In this document: piece by piece, positions 23,423 to 33,858 of the stretch
Layout: each line of letters opens with the position of its first letter
Numbering within the stretch: position 1 is the first letter of the stretch
Notes under the pieces: generated by a model
The model's database searches: none
What the model saw: only the letters and a program-made list of their open reading frames with translations
What the model was told of the DNA's origin: nothing
Program-made: the position numbers and the translations under genes
NCBI RefSeq assembly: GCF_009931435.1
Contig: NZ_CP043414.1
DNA from: Escherichia coli
GTDB taxonomy: Bacteria > Pseudomonadota > Gammaproteobacteria > Enterobacterales > Enterobacteriaceae
DNA: 64,000 nt
Strand: one strand, 5' to 3'

Positions 23423-24667
23423 TTAACACAATCGTTTTTCGATCCAGCTCGTGATTTCCTGAAGACCTTTGTCAAAATTCCGATACACCGGATTAAATGG
23501 AATCTCTAACAATTTACCATCAGCAGATGATGAGGTGATTAAGCGTGAGTCCTCTTCCGGGCTGAACGGATCGTTCTTCCAGTAGCCTGATAACATTGGC
23601 GTCGGGCAGCGACGGCCCAGCAATCCTTGCACTTTTAATGAATAACGATTCAGTTCCACACGCAACGCTTCATCGGAAGCATCATGCATCCCCAAACGAC
23701 TCGCCAGAACGTCAAGATACATTTCCGGCACCTGTTGCTGGCACTTAAAATCACTCAACAGGGTATGAACTACCGGACCAAGACAAGCAACCGCTTTCAG
23801 ACGCGGCGATTCAAGATATGCCAGACGCACAGCAACGTTAGCGCCAAAACGGAAACCAAAGGCCGCGACACGGGTGTGATCCACCCACGGGACGTTAGGC
23901 AGCGCCTTTAAGACGTGCTGATGCAACAGGCTGGAGTCCTGGGTGAGCTTCCATTTTGAAGAAAAGCCCACCGACGGCATATCAATAGTCAGCATCGCAA
24001 TGCCGCGCGGGGCAAAATAACGTTCATACAGACTGTAATAATCCGTCTGCATCGCATCCAGACCACCACACATTAATACCGTCGGGAACGGGCCATCGCC
24101 TTTCGGCATATGCAAAAAGCCGGTGATGGGCGCACCGCCTGGTACGGTAAACTCCATCTGCCGCATCGTGCCCGGCAGACGTTGGGCGGCCTCTTCATAG
24201 GCACGGTTTGACAAAGCCTGCGCTTGCTCGGCCAGGTCATCCCCTTTCAGATGAGGATAGGCGGCAATGTTGTACAACGTGGCCGCATGCAGCCAGTGAC
24301 GACCACTGAGTTGTGGATCTTCTTCCGCACAAGCTTTTTGTTGCCACACCATCGCCTGGGTGGCCCATTCATAAATCCAGTTGCCGCCGCGGTAGCCAAT
24401 CACCGTATCGTATAAATCATCGTCGGTACGTTCAGCATCGCTCATCACAATACGCGCCTGAACGTCGAGGATTTCACGTGGGTCAATGCCGCGCCAGATC
24501 CACATCAGACGGTTTATCATGCGATACCAGTGGGGGATGGTTTTACCATCAAGGGCCGACTGCACAGGCGGTTGTGCGCCGTGATTAAAGCGGCGGACTA
24601 GCGTCGAGGTTTCAGGATGTTTAAAGCGGGGTTTGAACAGGGTTTCGCTCAGGTTTGCCTGTGTCAT
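23423..24667 (-). CDS. frsA: FrsA, fermentation/respiration switch esterase
   Basis: 414 aa, recognised as FrsA ([27 protein letters not shown]...). Confidence 0.95.
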   Translation of the reverse strand: MTQANLSETLFKPRFKHPETSTLVRRFNHGAQPPVQSALDGKTIPHWYRMINRLMWIWRGIDPREILDVQARIVMSDAERTDDDLYDTVIGYRGGNWIYEWATQAMVWQQKACAEEDPQLSGRHWLHAATLYNIAAYPHLKGDDLAEQAQALSNRAYEEAAQRLPGTMRQMEFTVPGGAPITGFLHMPKGDGPFPTVLMCGGLDAMQTDYYSLYERYFAPRGIAMLTIDMPSVGFSSKWKLTQDSSLLHQHVLKALPNVPWVDHTRVAAFGFRFGANVAVRLAYLESPRLKAVACLGPVVHTLLSDFKCQQQVPEMYLDVLASRLGMHDASDEALRVELNRYSLKVQGLLGRRCPTPMLSGYWKNDPFSPEEDSRLITSSSADGKLLEIPFNPVYRNFDKGLQEITSWIEKRLC

Positions 24668-24758
24668 GGATGCAGCCTCCAGAATACTTACTGGAAACTA
24701 TTGTAACCTGCCTGAAGTTAAAAAGAACAACGCCCGGCAGTGCCAGGCGTTGAAAAGA

Positions 24759-25217
24759 TTAGCGACCGGAGATTGGCGGGACGAATACGACGCCCATATC
24801 CCACGGCTGTTCAATCCAGGTATCTTGTGGGATATCAACAACATAATCATCAACCAGCGGACGACCTGCCGGTTTAGCGAAGATGGTGACAAAGTGCGCT
24901 TTTGGATACATTTCACGAATCGCAACCGCAGTACCGCCGGTATCCACCAGATCATCAATAACGATGAAGCCTTCGCCATCGCCTTCTGCGCGTTTCAGCA
25001 CTTTAAGCTCGCGCTGGTTGTCGTGATCGTAGCTGGAAATACAAACGGTATCGACATGACGAATACCCAGTTCACGCGCCAGTAACGCACCCGGTACCAG
25101 ACCGCCACGGCTTACGGCAATAATGCCTTTCCATTGTTCAGAAGGCATCAGTCGGCTTGCGAGTTTACGTGCATGGATCTGCAACATGTCCCAGGTGACG
25201 ATGTATTTTTCGCTCAT
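24759..25217 (-). CDS. gpt: Gpt, xanthine-guanine phosphoribosyltransferase
   Basis: 152 aa, recognised as Gpt ([23 protein letters not shown]...); hairpin plus T-run terminator on minus strand at about 24720-24752. Confidence 0.95.
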
Positions 25218-25477
25218 GTGAAGTGTCCCAGCCTGTTTATCTACGGCTTAAAAAGTGTTCGAGGGGAAAATAGGTTGCGCGAGATTATAGAGATCTGACG
25301 CACTAAAAACCAGTATTTCACATGAGTCCGCGTCTTTTTACGCACAGCCTCTCCCTGACGCGGGATAAAGTGGTATTCTCAAACATATCTCGCAAGCCTG
25401 TCTTGTGTTGACAACATTTTCTGCTAACCCTGTGACCTGCAATACTGTTTTGCGGGTGATCGACAAGGAGACTTAAC

Positions 25478-26935
25478 GTGTCTGAACTGTCTCAATTATC
25501 TCCACAGCCGCTGTGGGATATTTTTGCCAAAATCTGTTCTATTCCTCACCCGTCCTATCATGAAGAGCAACTCGCTGAATACATTGTTGGTTGGGCAAAA
25601 GAGAAAGGTTTCCATGTCGAACGCGATCAGGTGGGTAATATCCTGATTCGTAAACCTGCTACCGCAGGTATGGAAAATCGTAAACCGGTCGTCTTACAGG
25701 CCCACCTCGATATGGTGCCGCAGAAAAATAACGACACCGTGCATGACTTCACTAAAGATCCTATCCAGCCTTATATTGATGGCGAATGGGTTAAAGCGCG
25801 CGGTACCACGCTGGGCGCGGATAACGGCATTGGTATGGCCTCTGCACTGGCGGTTCTGGCTGACGAAAACGTGGTTCACGGCCCGCTGGAAGTGCTGCTA
25901 ACCATGACCGAAGAAGCCGGTATGGACGGGGCGTTCGGCTTACAGAGCAACTGGTTGCAGGCTGATATTCTGATTAACACCGACTCCGAAGAAGAAGGTG
26001 AAATCTACATGGGTTGTGCTGGGGGTATCGACTTCACCTCCAACCTGCATTTAGATCGTGAAGCCGTTCCGGCTGGTTTTGAAACCTTCAAATTAACCTT
26101 AAAAGGTCTGAAAGGCGGTCACTCCGGCGGTGAAATCCACGTTGGCCTGGGTAACGCGAACAAACTGCTGGTGCGCTTCCTGGCGGGACATGCAGAAGAA
26201 CTGGACCTGCGTCTTATTGATTTCAACGGCGGCACACTGCGTAACGCCATCCCGCGTGAAGCCTTTGCGACCATCGCTGTCGCAGCTGATAAAGTCGACG
26301 CACTGAAAACGCTGGTGAATACCTATCAGGACATCCTGAAAAACGAGCTGGCAGAGAAAGAGAAAAATCTGGCCTTGTTGCTGGACTCTGTTGCGAACGA
26401 TAAAGCTGCCCTGATTGCGAAATCTCGCGATACCTTTATTCGTCTGCTGAACGCCACCCCGAACGGTGTGATCCGCAACTCCGACGTGGCAAAAGGTGTG
26501 GTTGAAACCTCCCTGAACGTCGGTGTCGTGACCATGACCGACAACAACGTAGAAATTCACTGTCTGATCCGTTCTCTGATCGACAGCGGTAAAGACTACG
26601 TGGTGAGCATGCTGGATTCGCTGGGTAAACTGGCTGGCGCGAAAACCGAAGCGAAAGGCGCATATCCTGGCTGGCAGCCGGACGCTAATTCTCCGGTGAT
26701 GCATCTGGTACGTGAAACCTATCAGCGCCTGTTCAACAAGACGCCGAACATCCAGATTATTCACGCGGGCCTGGAATGTGGTCTGTTCAAAAAACCGTAT
26801 CCGGAAATGGACATGGTTTCTATCGGGCCAACCATCACCGGTCCGCACTCTCCGGATGAGCAGGTTCACATCGAAAGCGTAGGCCATTACTGGACACTGC
26901 TGACTGAACTGCTGAAAGAAATTCCGGCGAAGTAA
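25478..26935 (+). CDS. pepD: PepD, cytosolic non-specific dipeptidase
   Basis: 485 aa with GTG start (AAGGAG SD upstream), recognised as PepD (SELSQLSPQPLWDIFAKICSIPHPSYHEEQ...). Confidence 0.95.
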   Translation: MSELSQLSPQPLWDIFAKICSIPHPSYHEEQLAEYIVGWAKEKGFHVERDQVGNILIRKPATAGMENRKPVVLQAHLDMVPQKNNDTVHDFTKDPIQPYIDGEWVKARGTTLGADNGIGMASALAVLADENVVHGPLEVLLTMTEEAGMDGAFGLQSNWLQADILINTDSEEEGEIYMGCAGGIDFTSNLHLDREAVPAGFETFKLTLKGLKGGHSGGEIHVGLGNANKLLVRFLAGHAEELDLRLIDFNGGTLRNAIPREAFATIAVAADKVDALKTLVNTYQDILKNELAEKEKNLALLLDSVANDKAALIAKSRDTFIRLLNATPNGVIRNSDVAKGVVETSLNVGVVTMTDNNVEIHCLIRSLIDSGKDYVVSMLDSLGKLAGAKTEAKGAYPGWQPDANSPVMHLVRETYQRLFNKTPNIQIIHAGLECGLFKKPYPEMDMVSIGPTITGPHSPDEQVHIESVGHYWTLLTELLKEIPAK

Positions 26936-26991
26936 TTTTTTGATTTGCTGCCGGATGGCGTTTGATCGTCTTCCGGCAGTTTCATCCTTTC

Positions 26992-27606
26992 TTATCCTTC
27001 GATAAAAGCCATCCCTGTAAACGTCCGTCGCGGGTTGCCACGTTCAATCTGGTGATGGAACATTCGCCGCTGCGATTTCAGCGCCGCGCTATTTTCCTGT
27101 TGCTGTTGCTCCAGCTTCCAGGCAATCAGCAATCGCGCCAGCCGTTTGTTGGCATGTTGGCTGCGCTCTGACTGAACCTTCACGCTAATCCCGGATGCCA
27201 GATGCGTGGCGCGTACCGCCGAGTCGGTTTTATTGACATGTTGACCGCCCGGCCCCGACGAACGCAGCGTCTCATAACGGATTGCATCCGATTGTTCCTG
27301 CTCATCAGCGGTAAAACGCCCAATGCCCAGAAACCAGTTTTTGCGCCCATGATGAGGCCGATACGGGCTTGGGCAAATCCACTGAATAGTGCCGCACCAA
27401 CTTTCGCTTAATGCCCATGCGTTATCGCCATCCAGAGAAATCAGCGCCGAACGCAGCGTGTCAGAGTAGCGGCCCGTTTCTGTTTCCAGCACCGTTACCG
27501 CGACGTCTTGTCGGGTAGCTTCTTTAATCAACCTGTCCAGCGCCTTTTTCACTGCGAGACAACATTCTTCCGGTCCCTGAGCTGAGGAGAGTTGCAGCAA
27601 GATCAT
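26992..27606 (-). CDS. prfH: PrfH, peptide chain release factor homolog (RF-H), apparently intact
   Basis: Track ORF 26992-27690; start set at in-frame ATG 27606 giving 204 aa ([21 protein letters not shown]...); contains GGQ motif ([17 protein letters not shown]); ATGA start/stop overlap with upstream rtcB-like gene. Confidence 0.8.
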   Translation of the reverse strand: MILLQLSSAQGPEECCLAVKKALDRLIKEATRQDVAVTVLETETGRYSDTLRSALISLDGDNAWALSESWCGTIQWICPSPYRPHHGRKNWFLGIGRFTADEQEQSDAIRYETLRSSGPGGQHVNKTDSAVRATHLASGISVKVQSERSQHANKRLARLLIAWKLEQQQQENSAALKSQRRMFHHQIERGNPRRTFTGMAFIEG

Positions 27607-28754
27607 CCTTTTTTCCCTCCACTGTTTTTGAGCGTCAGCACCGGACGCAGTCGCGCGGCAGGAATAATTAAACCGGCCTGCACCAGACATTGCACCACAC
27701 TTTCAGCCGATTTATAGGCTTGTGGCGCTTCTTCAAAGATGAGTTGTTTATCGCGACAAATTACCCGACCGCCAAGTTCAGTACGTGAGAGTTGCGTCGC
27801 CGTGTATTTCGCTGCCAGACGCCCTTTACACTCGGTGCGCCCCCATTTACGCCCTGCCCCATGCGCCAGTGAGTGAAGCGTTTTTTCGTTCGCAACAGGT
27901 TTAACCAGCCAGGAGTAATCACCGCGTGAACCGGGAATAATCACCAGACCGTTGTCATCCGGCGTAGCCCCTTTACGGTGTAACCATCCTTGTTGATCGC
28001 CGATTCGACATGCGCTAACAAAGTTATGCGCCACATCCAGAACCGAATTTCCGTTGGCCTTAACTTGTTGCATTATGCGCAAAGCGATCAGCTGGCGATT
28101 AATACGCGCAAACGCCAGCGCATCATCATGTTCCGCAATATAACTTAGCGCGTCGTCACTGCCTTCCGGCAAACCATGATGCGAAAACGAGGCAATATGC
28201 CGCTGTAAAATAGACTGCCCTAAACCACGCGAGCCGCTATGGACCAGCAGTTGCAGATGCTGCGCATCCAGACCTGACAGTGCAAACAGTTCCGCATCGA
28301 TGATTTGATCAATCTGTTGCAGTTCTGCAAAGTGGTTACCGCCACCGATAGAGCCAAGCGCGCAGCGCCACGGATGCTGTGCAAACGCTGACGGCAGGTT
28401 TTCCTCCAGCCAGCTTTCTTCAGCAACGTCATCCAGCGCAGATAATCGCTTTTCAAACTTATCGGCGTTGTATTTACGCGCGAGAATATCTGTTTGCCAT
28501 AGCGCCATACCGCAGCCGATATCATTGCCGACCAGTGCCGGGTAAAAACGGCCTACGGAGAAGAACGCTGCGCCAATCGGATAGCCGCGTCCTGGGTGTA
28601 AATCTGGCATCCCTACGACGCGTTGCATGTCGGGTAAATTTGCCGTGGTGTGTAATTGTTGGATCGCTGAACTCTCGATCCACAGGTCATCAGATGCGAT
28701 GGTAAATACCGCATCGGATAAGGGACGAATATATTTGCCCATGTACCATTCCAT
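27603..28754 (-). CDS. RtcB-family RNA ligase paralog (RtcB2/YkfJ), apparently intact
   Basis: 383 aa; RtcB-like motifs ([34 protein letters not shown]); translationally coupled to prfH. Start could be the fifth codon. Confidence 0.8.
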   Translation of the reverse strand: MEWYMGKYIRPLSDAVFTIASDDLWIESSAIQQLHTTANLPDMQRVVGMPDLHPGRGYPIGAAFFSVGRFYPALVGNDIGCGMALWQTDILARKYNADKFEKRLSALDDVAEESWLEENLPSAFAQHPWRCALGSIGGGNHFAELQQIDQIIDAELFALSGLDAQHLQLLVHSGSRGLGQSILQRHIASFSHHGLPEGSDDALSYIAEHDDALAFARINRQLIALRIMQQVKANGNSVLDVAHNFVSACRIGDQQGWLHRKGATPDDNGLVIIPGSRGDYSWLVKPVANEKTLHSLAHGAGRKWGRTECKGRLAAKYTATQLSRTELGGRVICRDKQLIFEEAPQAYKSAESVVQCLVQAGLIIPAARLRPVLTLKNSGGKKG

Positions 28755-29059
28755 TTATACTCGTCATACTTCAAGTTGCATGTACTGCGACTGCGTTCGT
28801 TCACCCCAGTCACTTACTTTAGTAAGCTCCTGGGGATTCACTCGCTTGTCGCCTTCCTGCAACTCGAATTATTTAGAGTATATAAATATAAAAATCAGGA
28901 AATGGCAGACGAATCCAGGGCAAGAAAAAAAGAATTAATCCTGGAAAGGTCTGCAAAGAGTCATTGATAAAGGATTTTTCATGATTTACCTCCTTGCAGT
29001 TTGTGGAATAAGAAAACGCGCACATATTAGGCGGGCGTTATTTTCATTGCAAGCTGGAT

Positions 29060-29512
29060 TTAGTGTTGCGGTTTATATCGCATATGAAAATTAGTAAACC
29101 ACGCTCCCCGGCATTCAACGCGCTGCTGCTTAACTGTCTGAAAACCATAACGTTCAAAAAAGGGTTTTGCGGTTATGCTGGCATCTACCGTAAGTTCGGA
29201 TTCAGACTTAATCAAAGGTTTTAACAAAGCGCTGGCAACCCCGCAGCGGTTGTATTTCGGATCAACAAATAACATATCGATATAATGCTCAATGCAGGTA
29301 ATAAAGCCGACCAGTTGTGTATTAATCACCGCAACCCGCACTTGTGATTTCGCGAGTTTCTCTTTCCATCGATGTTCATCAATCTGCGCCCAGGCGGCAA
29401 TTTGTTGTGGTGAATAATGCTGACTGGCGGTCATCGTAACCGCTCTAATAAAAATAGCGCATAGCTGCTGAAAATCGCCAGGCTGATAGTCTCTTATTTG
29501 TATATTATTCAT
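29060..29512 (-). CDS. yafP: YafP, GNAT-family acetyltransferase
   Basis: 150 aa recognised as YafP ([21 protein letters not shown]...); ATGA overlap with dinB stop. Confidence 0.85.
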   Translation of the reverse strand: MNNIQIRDYQPGDFQQLCAIFIRAVTMTASQHYSPQQIAAWAQIDEHRWKEKLAKSQVRVAVINTQLVGFITCIEHYIDMLFVDPKYNRCGVASALLKPLIKSESELTVDASITAKPFFERYGFQTVKQQRVECRGAWFTNFHMRYKPQH

Positions 29513-30564
29513 AATCCCAGCACCAGTTGTCTTTCCATTTGCGGATCAAGCAACGTCACATGCAGCCCCACCAGTCGCACACCGCGTCCGCCCCGGCGTT
29601 CATCCCAGGTTTTACGCGCAGTGGCGATCAAGTCAGCTTTATTCAGCCGCGGCCAGACGTGTTCCTGGGTGGTTTGCTGAAAATCGTCGAACTTTAATTT
29701 CACCCCCTGGCGGGCAATCAGTAAATCAGGTTTTACCTTTGCCAGACGACGCTCCAGTTCAGGGTAAAGCCGCTCGATGATCGCTTCACATTCAGACCAG
29801 TGATGAATATCTTCCGCCATGGTGCGTTCTACACCGACGGATTTTCGCAACCTTTCGCTGTTAACGTCGCGCTCGTCAATCCCCTGACTACGCTCCCACA
29901 AAATGCGACCAAATTTGCCAAAGCGTTTAAGCAACGTCACCAGATCACACTTTTGTACATCGCCGCAGGTCCGCAGCCCCATCGCTTCCAGTTTTGCCGC
30001 CGAGACTTTGCCGACACCGGGAATTTTTGCCAGCGGTAAGGTTTGCAGAAATGCCGGGACGTCCGCCGGCGTAATCACAAACTGTCCGTTGGGTTTATTC
30101 ATATCAGAGGCGATTTTGGCGAGAAACTTGACCGGCGCAACGCCCGCAGACGCCGTCAGTTGCAGCTCGTTGAAGATCGTCTGGCGGATTTCCTGAGCGA
30201 TAAGGGTCGCAGAGCCGTGGCAATGTACGCTGTCGGTGACGTCGAGATAGGCTTCATCCAGTGACAGCGGCTCAATACGCGATGTGTAGCGAGAGAAGAT
30301 TTCGCGGATATGATTTGACGCTTCTTTGTAGGCGTCAAAGCGCCCTGGAAGCAAGGTGAGATGCGGACACAGTTTGAGCGCCATGCCGGTTGGCATTGCG
30401 CTACGCACGCCAAATTTACGCGCGGGATAATTGGCGGTGCTGATCACCCCCCGGCGTTCGCGGCTGCCGCCAATAGCAATAGGGATATCGCGCAGGGCGG
30501 GATTGTCGCGCATCTCCACCGCGGCGAAAAAGCAGTCCATATCCACATGAATGATTTTACGCAT
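29509..30564 (-). CDS. dinB: DinB, DNA polymerase IV
   Basis: 351 aa, recognised as DinB ([33 protein letters not shown]...). Confidence 0.95.
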   Translation of the reverse strand: MRKIIHVDMDCFFAAVEMRDNPALRDIPIAIGGSRERRGVISTANYPARKFGVRSAMPTGMALKLCPHLTLLPGRFDAYKEASNHIREIFSRYTSRIEPLSLDEAYLDVTDSVHCHGSATLIAQEIRQTIFNELQLTASAGVAPVKFLAKIASDMNKPNGQFVITPADVPAFLQTLPLAKIPGVGKVSAAKLEAMGLRTCGDVQKCDLVTLLKRFGKFGRILWERSQGIDERDVNSERLRKSVGVERTMAEDIHHWSECEAIIERLYPELERRLAKVKPDLLIARQGVKLKFDDFQQTTQEHVWPRLNKADLIATARKTWDERRGGRGVRLVGLHVTLLDPQMERQLVLGL

Positions 30565-30578
30565 TGCTCACCTCTCAA

Positions 30579-30598
30579 CACTGGTAAAGTATACAGTG
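30579..30598 (-). promoter_or_regulatory. LexA (SOS) box of dinB
   Basis: Plus strand CACTGGTAAAGTATACAGTG = reverse complement of CACTGTATACTTTACCAGTG, a CTGT-N8-ACAG palindrome about 15 nt upstream of the dinB start. Confidence 0.6.
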
Positions 30599-30634
30599 AT
30601 TTCAGAGTTTGAGAAATGCGTAAAGATTCAGCAT

Positions 30635-31400
30635 TTAACGCGTTCGCTGCGAAAGCACCTGCTGCTTATCCAGCTTTTTCACCAGCGGCTGCACCACCTT
30701 ATCCCCATGCTGACCAAAATATTGATACAACGTATCAGACGCGCTTTTGGTGAGCACCATAATCTCAATGCGCCGGTTACCCGCACTTTGCGGATTTTTC
30801 GTGTCCAGCAGCATCTGGTCCGCCATTGCGCTCACCTGCATCACTTTATCTTCCGGCATCCCGGCCTCTTCCAGCACCCGACGAGCCGAGAGCGCACGAT
30901 CGCCCGAAAGGTTCCAGTTGTTGTAGATATTGCTTTTATAGGCCATCGCATCGGTATGCCCGGTAATAATAATTTTGTTATCGAGCGAGTCGAATACCGG
31001 CGCGAGCTCCACCAGCAGAGTTTTAAAGAACGGCATAATCTTCGCGCTGCCGCGTTCAAACATATTGCGGTTCTGGTCATCTTTAATCAGCACGCGTAAT
31101 CCCTGCGGGACAATCTCCATCTCCAGATTGGCTTCCATATGCGCATCGCGGGCGATGGTGTTGATACTGGTCGCCAGCTCGCCAAGCTCAGTGGCGGACT
31201 TCTTCTTCAGTAGCGCCGTTTTCTCGTTGACGTCGCGGGCTTTTTTCTCCGTCTCTTCCGGCACCGCCACGGTGGCAGGTTTCAGCGGATGCGTCGGGCT
31301 GATTTTATTTAACGGCGATAGCCCGCCGCCATTGAAAATCGACTGCCCGTGCAGCGCGGCGATAATGCTTTCACGCTCGGATTTACTGACGCTGTTGACA
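30635..31400 (-). pseudogene. lafU: lafU (Flag-2 MotB-like) fragment, N-terminally truncated
   Basis: Track ORF 30635-31552; MotB-like OmpA C-terminal domain (ITGHTDAMAYKSNIYNNWNLSGDRALSARRVLEEAG) but no proper TM/N-terminus; its 5' part is antisense to the lfhA fragment. Boundary approximate. Confidence 0.6.
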
Positions 31401-33104
31401 ATCAACTTTATTGTCGTCACCAAAGGGGCTGAGCGTATTTCCGAGGTTTCTGCCCGCTTTACCCTGGACGCGATGCCCGGCAAGCAAATGGCGATTGACG
31501 CCGATCTTAACGCCGGGTTGATCAACCAGGCGCAGGCGCAGACCCGCCGCAAAGATGTTGCCAGCGAGGCCGATTTCTACGGCGCGATGGACGGGGCATC
31601 GAAGTTTGTGCGCGGGGATGCCATCGCCGGGATGATGATTCTGGCGATCAACCTGATTGGCGGCGTTTGTATCGGGATCTTCAAATACAACCTGAGCGCC
31701 GATGCCGCCTTCCAGCAATATGTGCTGATGACCATCGGCGACGGCCTGGTGGCGCAGATCCCGTCCCTGCTGCTTTCCACCGCGGCGGCGATTATCGTCA
31801 CCCGCGTCAGCGACAACGGCGATATTGCCCATGACGTGCGCCACCAGTTGCTGGCAAGCCCGTCGGTGCTCTACACCGCCACCGGGATTATGTTCGTGCT
31901 GGCGGTGGTGCCGGGAATGCCGCACTTCCCGTTCCTGATGTTCAGCGCCCTGCTTGGTTTTACCGGCTGGCGAATGAGCAAACGCCCGCAGGCGGCGGAG
32001 GCGGAAGAGAAAAGCCTCGAAACGCTGACCCGCACCATCACTGAAACCAGCGATCAACAGGTCAGTTGGGAAACCATTCCGCTGATCGAGCCCATCAGTT
32101 TAAGCCTCGGTTACAAGCTGGTGGCGCTGGTGGACAAAGCGCAGGGCAACCCGCTCACCCAGCGTATTCGCGGCGTGCGGCAGGTGATTTCCGACGGCAA
32201 CGGCGTGCTGCTGCCGGAGATCCGCATTCGGGAAAACTTCCGCCTCAAGCCCAGCCAGTACGCCATTTTCATCAACGGCATTAAGGCTGATGAAGCGGAT
32301 ATTCCGGCGGATAAACTGATGGCCCTGCCCTCCAGCGAAACCTACGGCGAGATTGACGGCGTGCTGGGGAACGACCCGGCGTACGGGATGCCGGTGACCT
32401 GGATTCAGCCCGCGCAGAAGGCGAAGGCGCTGAATATGGGGTATCAGGTGATCGACAGCGCCAGCGTAATTGCCACGCATGTGAATAAGATTGTGCGCAG
32501 CTATATTCCTGATTTGTTTAACTATGACGATATTACTCAGCTGCATAACCGTTTGTCGTCAATGGCACCGCGCCTGGCAGAGGATTTGAGTGCGGCGCTG
32601 AATTACAGCCAGTTGCTGAAAGTGTACCGGGCACTGCTGACCGAAGGCGTTTCCCTGCGCGATATCGTCACCATCGCCACCGTGCTGGTCGCCAGTAGCA
32701 CCGTCACCAAAGATCATATTCTGCTGGCGGCCGATGTGCGCCTGGCACTGCGGCGCAGCATTACCCATCCGTTCGTTCGCAAGCAGGAGCTGACGGTGTA
32801 TACGCTGAATAATGAGCTGGAAAATCTGCTGACCAACGTGGTGAATCAGGCGCAACAGGCCGGCAAAGTGATGCTCGATAGCGTGCCGGTTGACCCAAAT
32901 ATGCTCAACCAGTTCCAGAGCACGATGCCGCAGGTGAAGGAGCAGATGAAAGCGGCAGGTAAAGACCCGGTGCTGCTGGTGCCGCCGCAGCTGCGCCCGT
33001 TGCTGGCGCGTTATGCGAGGTTATTTGCGCCGGGGTTGCATGTGCTGTCGTATAACGAAGTGCCGGACGAGCTGGAGTTGAAGATTATGGGGGCGTTGAG
33101 TTGA
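31401..33104 (+). pseudogene. lfhA: lfhA (Flag-2 FlhA-like) fragment lacking its N-terminal membrane region
   Basis: Track ORF 30975-33104; FlhA similarity begins about codon 143 (INFIVVTKGAERISEVSARFTLDAMPGKQMAIDADLNAG), earlier codons are antisense of lafU; no promoter or start at the homology onset. Boundary approximate. Confidence 0.6.
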
Positions 33105-33187
33105 TTGAGGATTCTTTTCCATACTTTGCAGCACCTGACACCATTAATTGACGTCACACTGCAAAGAGACTACGATGACACCATACA

Positions 33188-33487
33188 ATGACGTCATGGA
33201 TTGATAGTATGATTAAGGTCAGCGCGCTAGGCTCTCGTCATAGAAAAACATTCGACGATGTAATGACGGAGCCGCCAAAATCTGGAATTAAATGGGATGA
33301 TGTTGTTGCTCTCATTAAAGCGGTGGGTGGATCAATAAAAAATAACAACGGCTCCAGACGAAAATTTCAGATTGGAACGACCAAATTCAGCACACATGAG
33401 CCGCATCCAAAGAATGTGATGGATAAAGGCGCAGTAGCAGGTCTTAAGGAGTGGTTTGTTAACTGTGTAGGGGTAGATTATGAATAA
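33188..33487 (+). CDS. Putative HicA-like toxin (type II TA), hypothetical
   Basis: 99-aa ORF overlapping the next ORF by 8 nt; C-terminal half (VVALIKAVGGSIKNNNGSRRKFQIGTTKFSTHEPHPKNVMDKGAVAGLKEW) loosely fits the HicA/YcfA pattern. Start uncertain (alternative ATG about 21 nt downstream). Confidence 0.4.
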   Translation: MTSWIDSMIKVSALGSRHRKTFDDVMTEPPKSGIKWDDVVALIKAVGGSIKNNNGSRRKFQIGTTKFSTHEPHPKNVMDKGAVAGLKEWFVNCVGVDYE

Positions 33488-33836
33488 AGCATCGAACATT
33501 ATCACAATTAAAGGTCAACCAGCCGCAGTGACATTTGAAGCCGATATCAACGCATTTCGCGGCAAGTTCCTCAATGTAAACGGTTATTGTGACTTTGTAG
33601 CCACAAGTATTGAGGCATTATATCGTGAAGGCGAAAGCGCTCTGGATGAGTGGATGGCGGATTGTGAAGAGGACGGTATTGCCCCTTTTCGTGAAGAAGA
33701 AGAGCAAAAACGCCTGACGCTTCGTGTGCCGCATCACATCGATTCGCGGCTGACCATCGTCGCCAGACAACATTCCATTTCAAAAAACCAGCTCATTATT
33801 GATGTCTTAGAACGTGAGTTTTCAGCCCAGATGTAA
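33480..33836 (+). CDS. Putative HicB-like antitoxin with C-terminal ribbon-helix-helix
   Basis: 118 aa; N-terminal HicB/UPF0150-like segment and C-terminal RHH-like segment (KRLTLRVPHHIDSRLTIVARQHSISKNQLIIDVLEREF). Confidence 0.5.
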   Translation: MNKASNIITIKGQPAAVTFEADINAFRGKFLNVNGYCDFVATSIEALYREGESALDEWMADCEEDGIAPFREEEEQKRLTLRVPHHIDSRLTIVARQHSISKNQLIIDVLEREFSAQM

Positions 33837-33858
33837 ACAGGTCGTCAATATTACCCAT

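Noticed and set aside
24633-25085. 150-aa plus-strand ORF over gpt
   Set aside because: Antisense to gpt and its terminator region; no supporting signals.
26099-26887. 262-aa minus-strand ORF inside pepD
   Set aside because: Antisense to a confidently identified gene; no family resemblance.
28776-28967. 63-aa ORF in the rtcB2/yafP intergenic region
   Set aside because: No RBS, no recognisable domain; region more likely regulatory.
30975-31400. N-terminal 140 codons of the 709-aa ORF (MLSSESNTGASSTS...)
   Set aside because: This part is antisense to the lafU remnant and shows no FlhA similarity; only the downstream part is the lfhA fragment.
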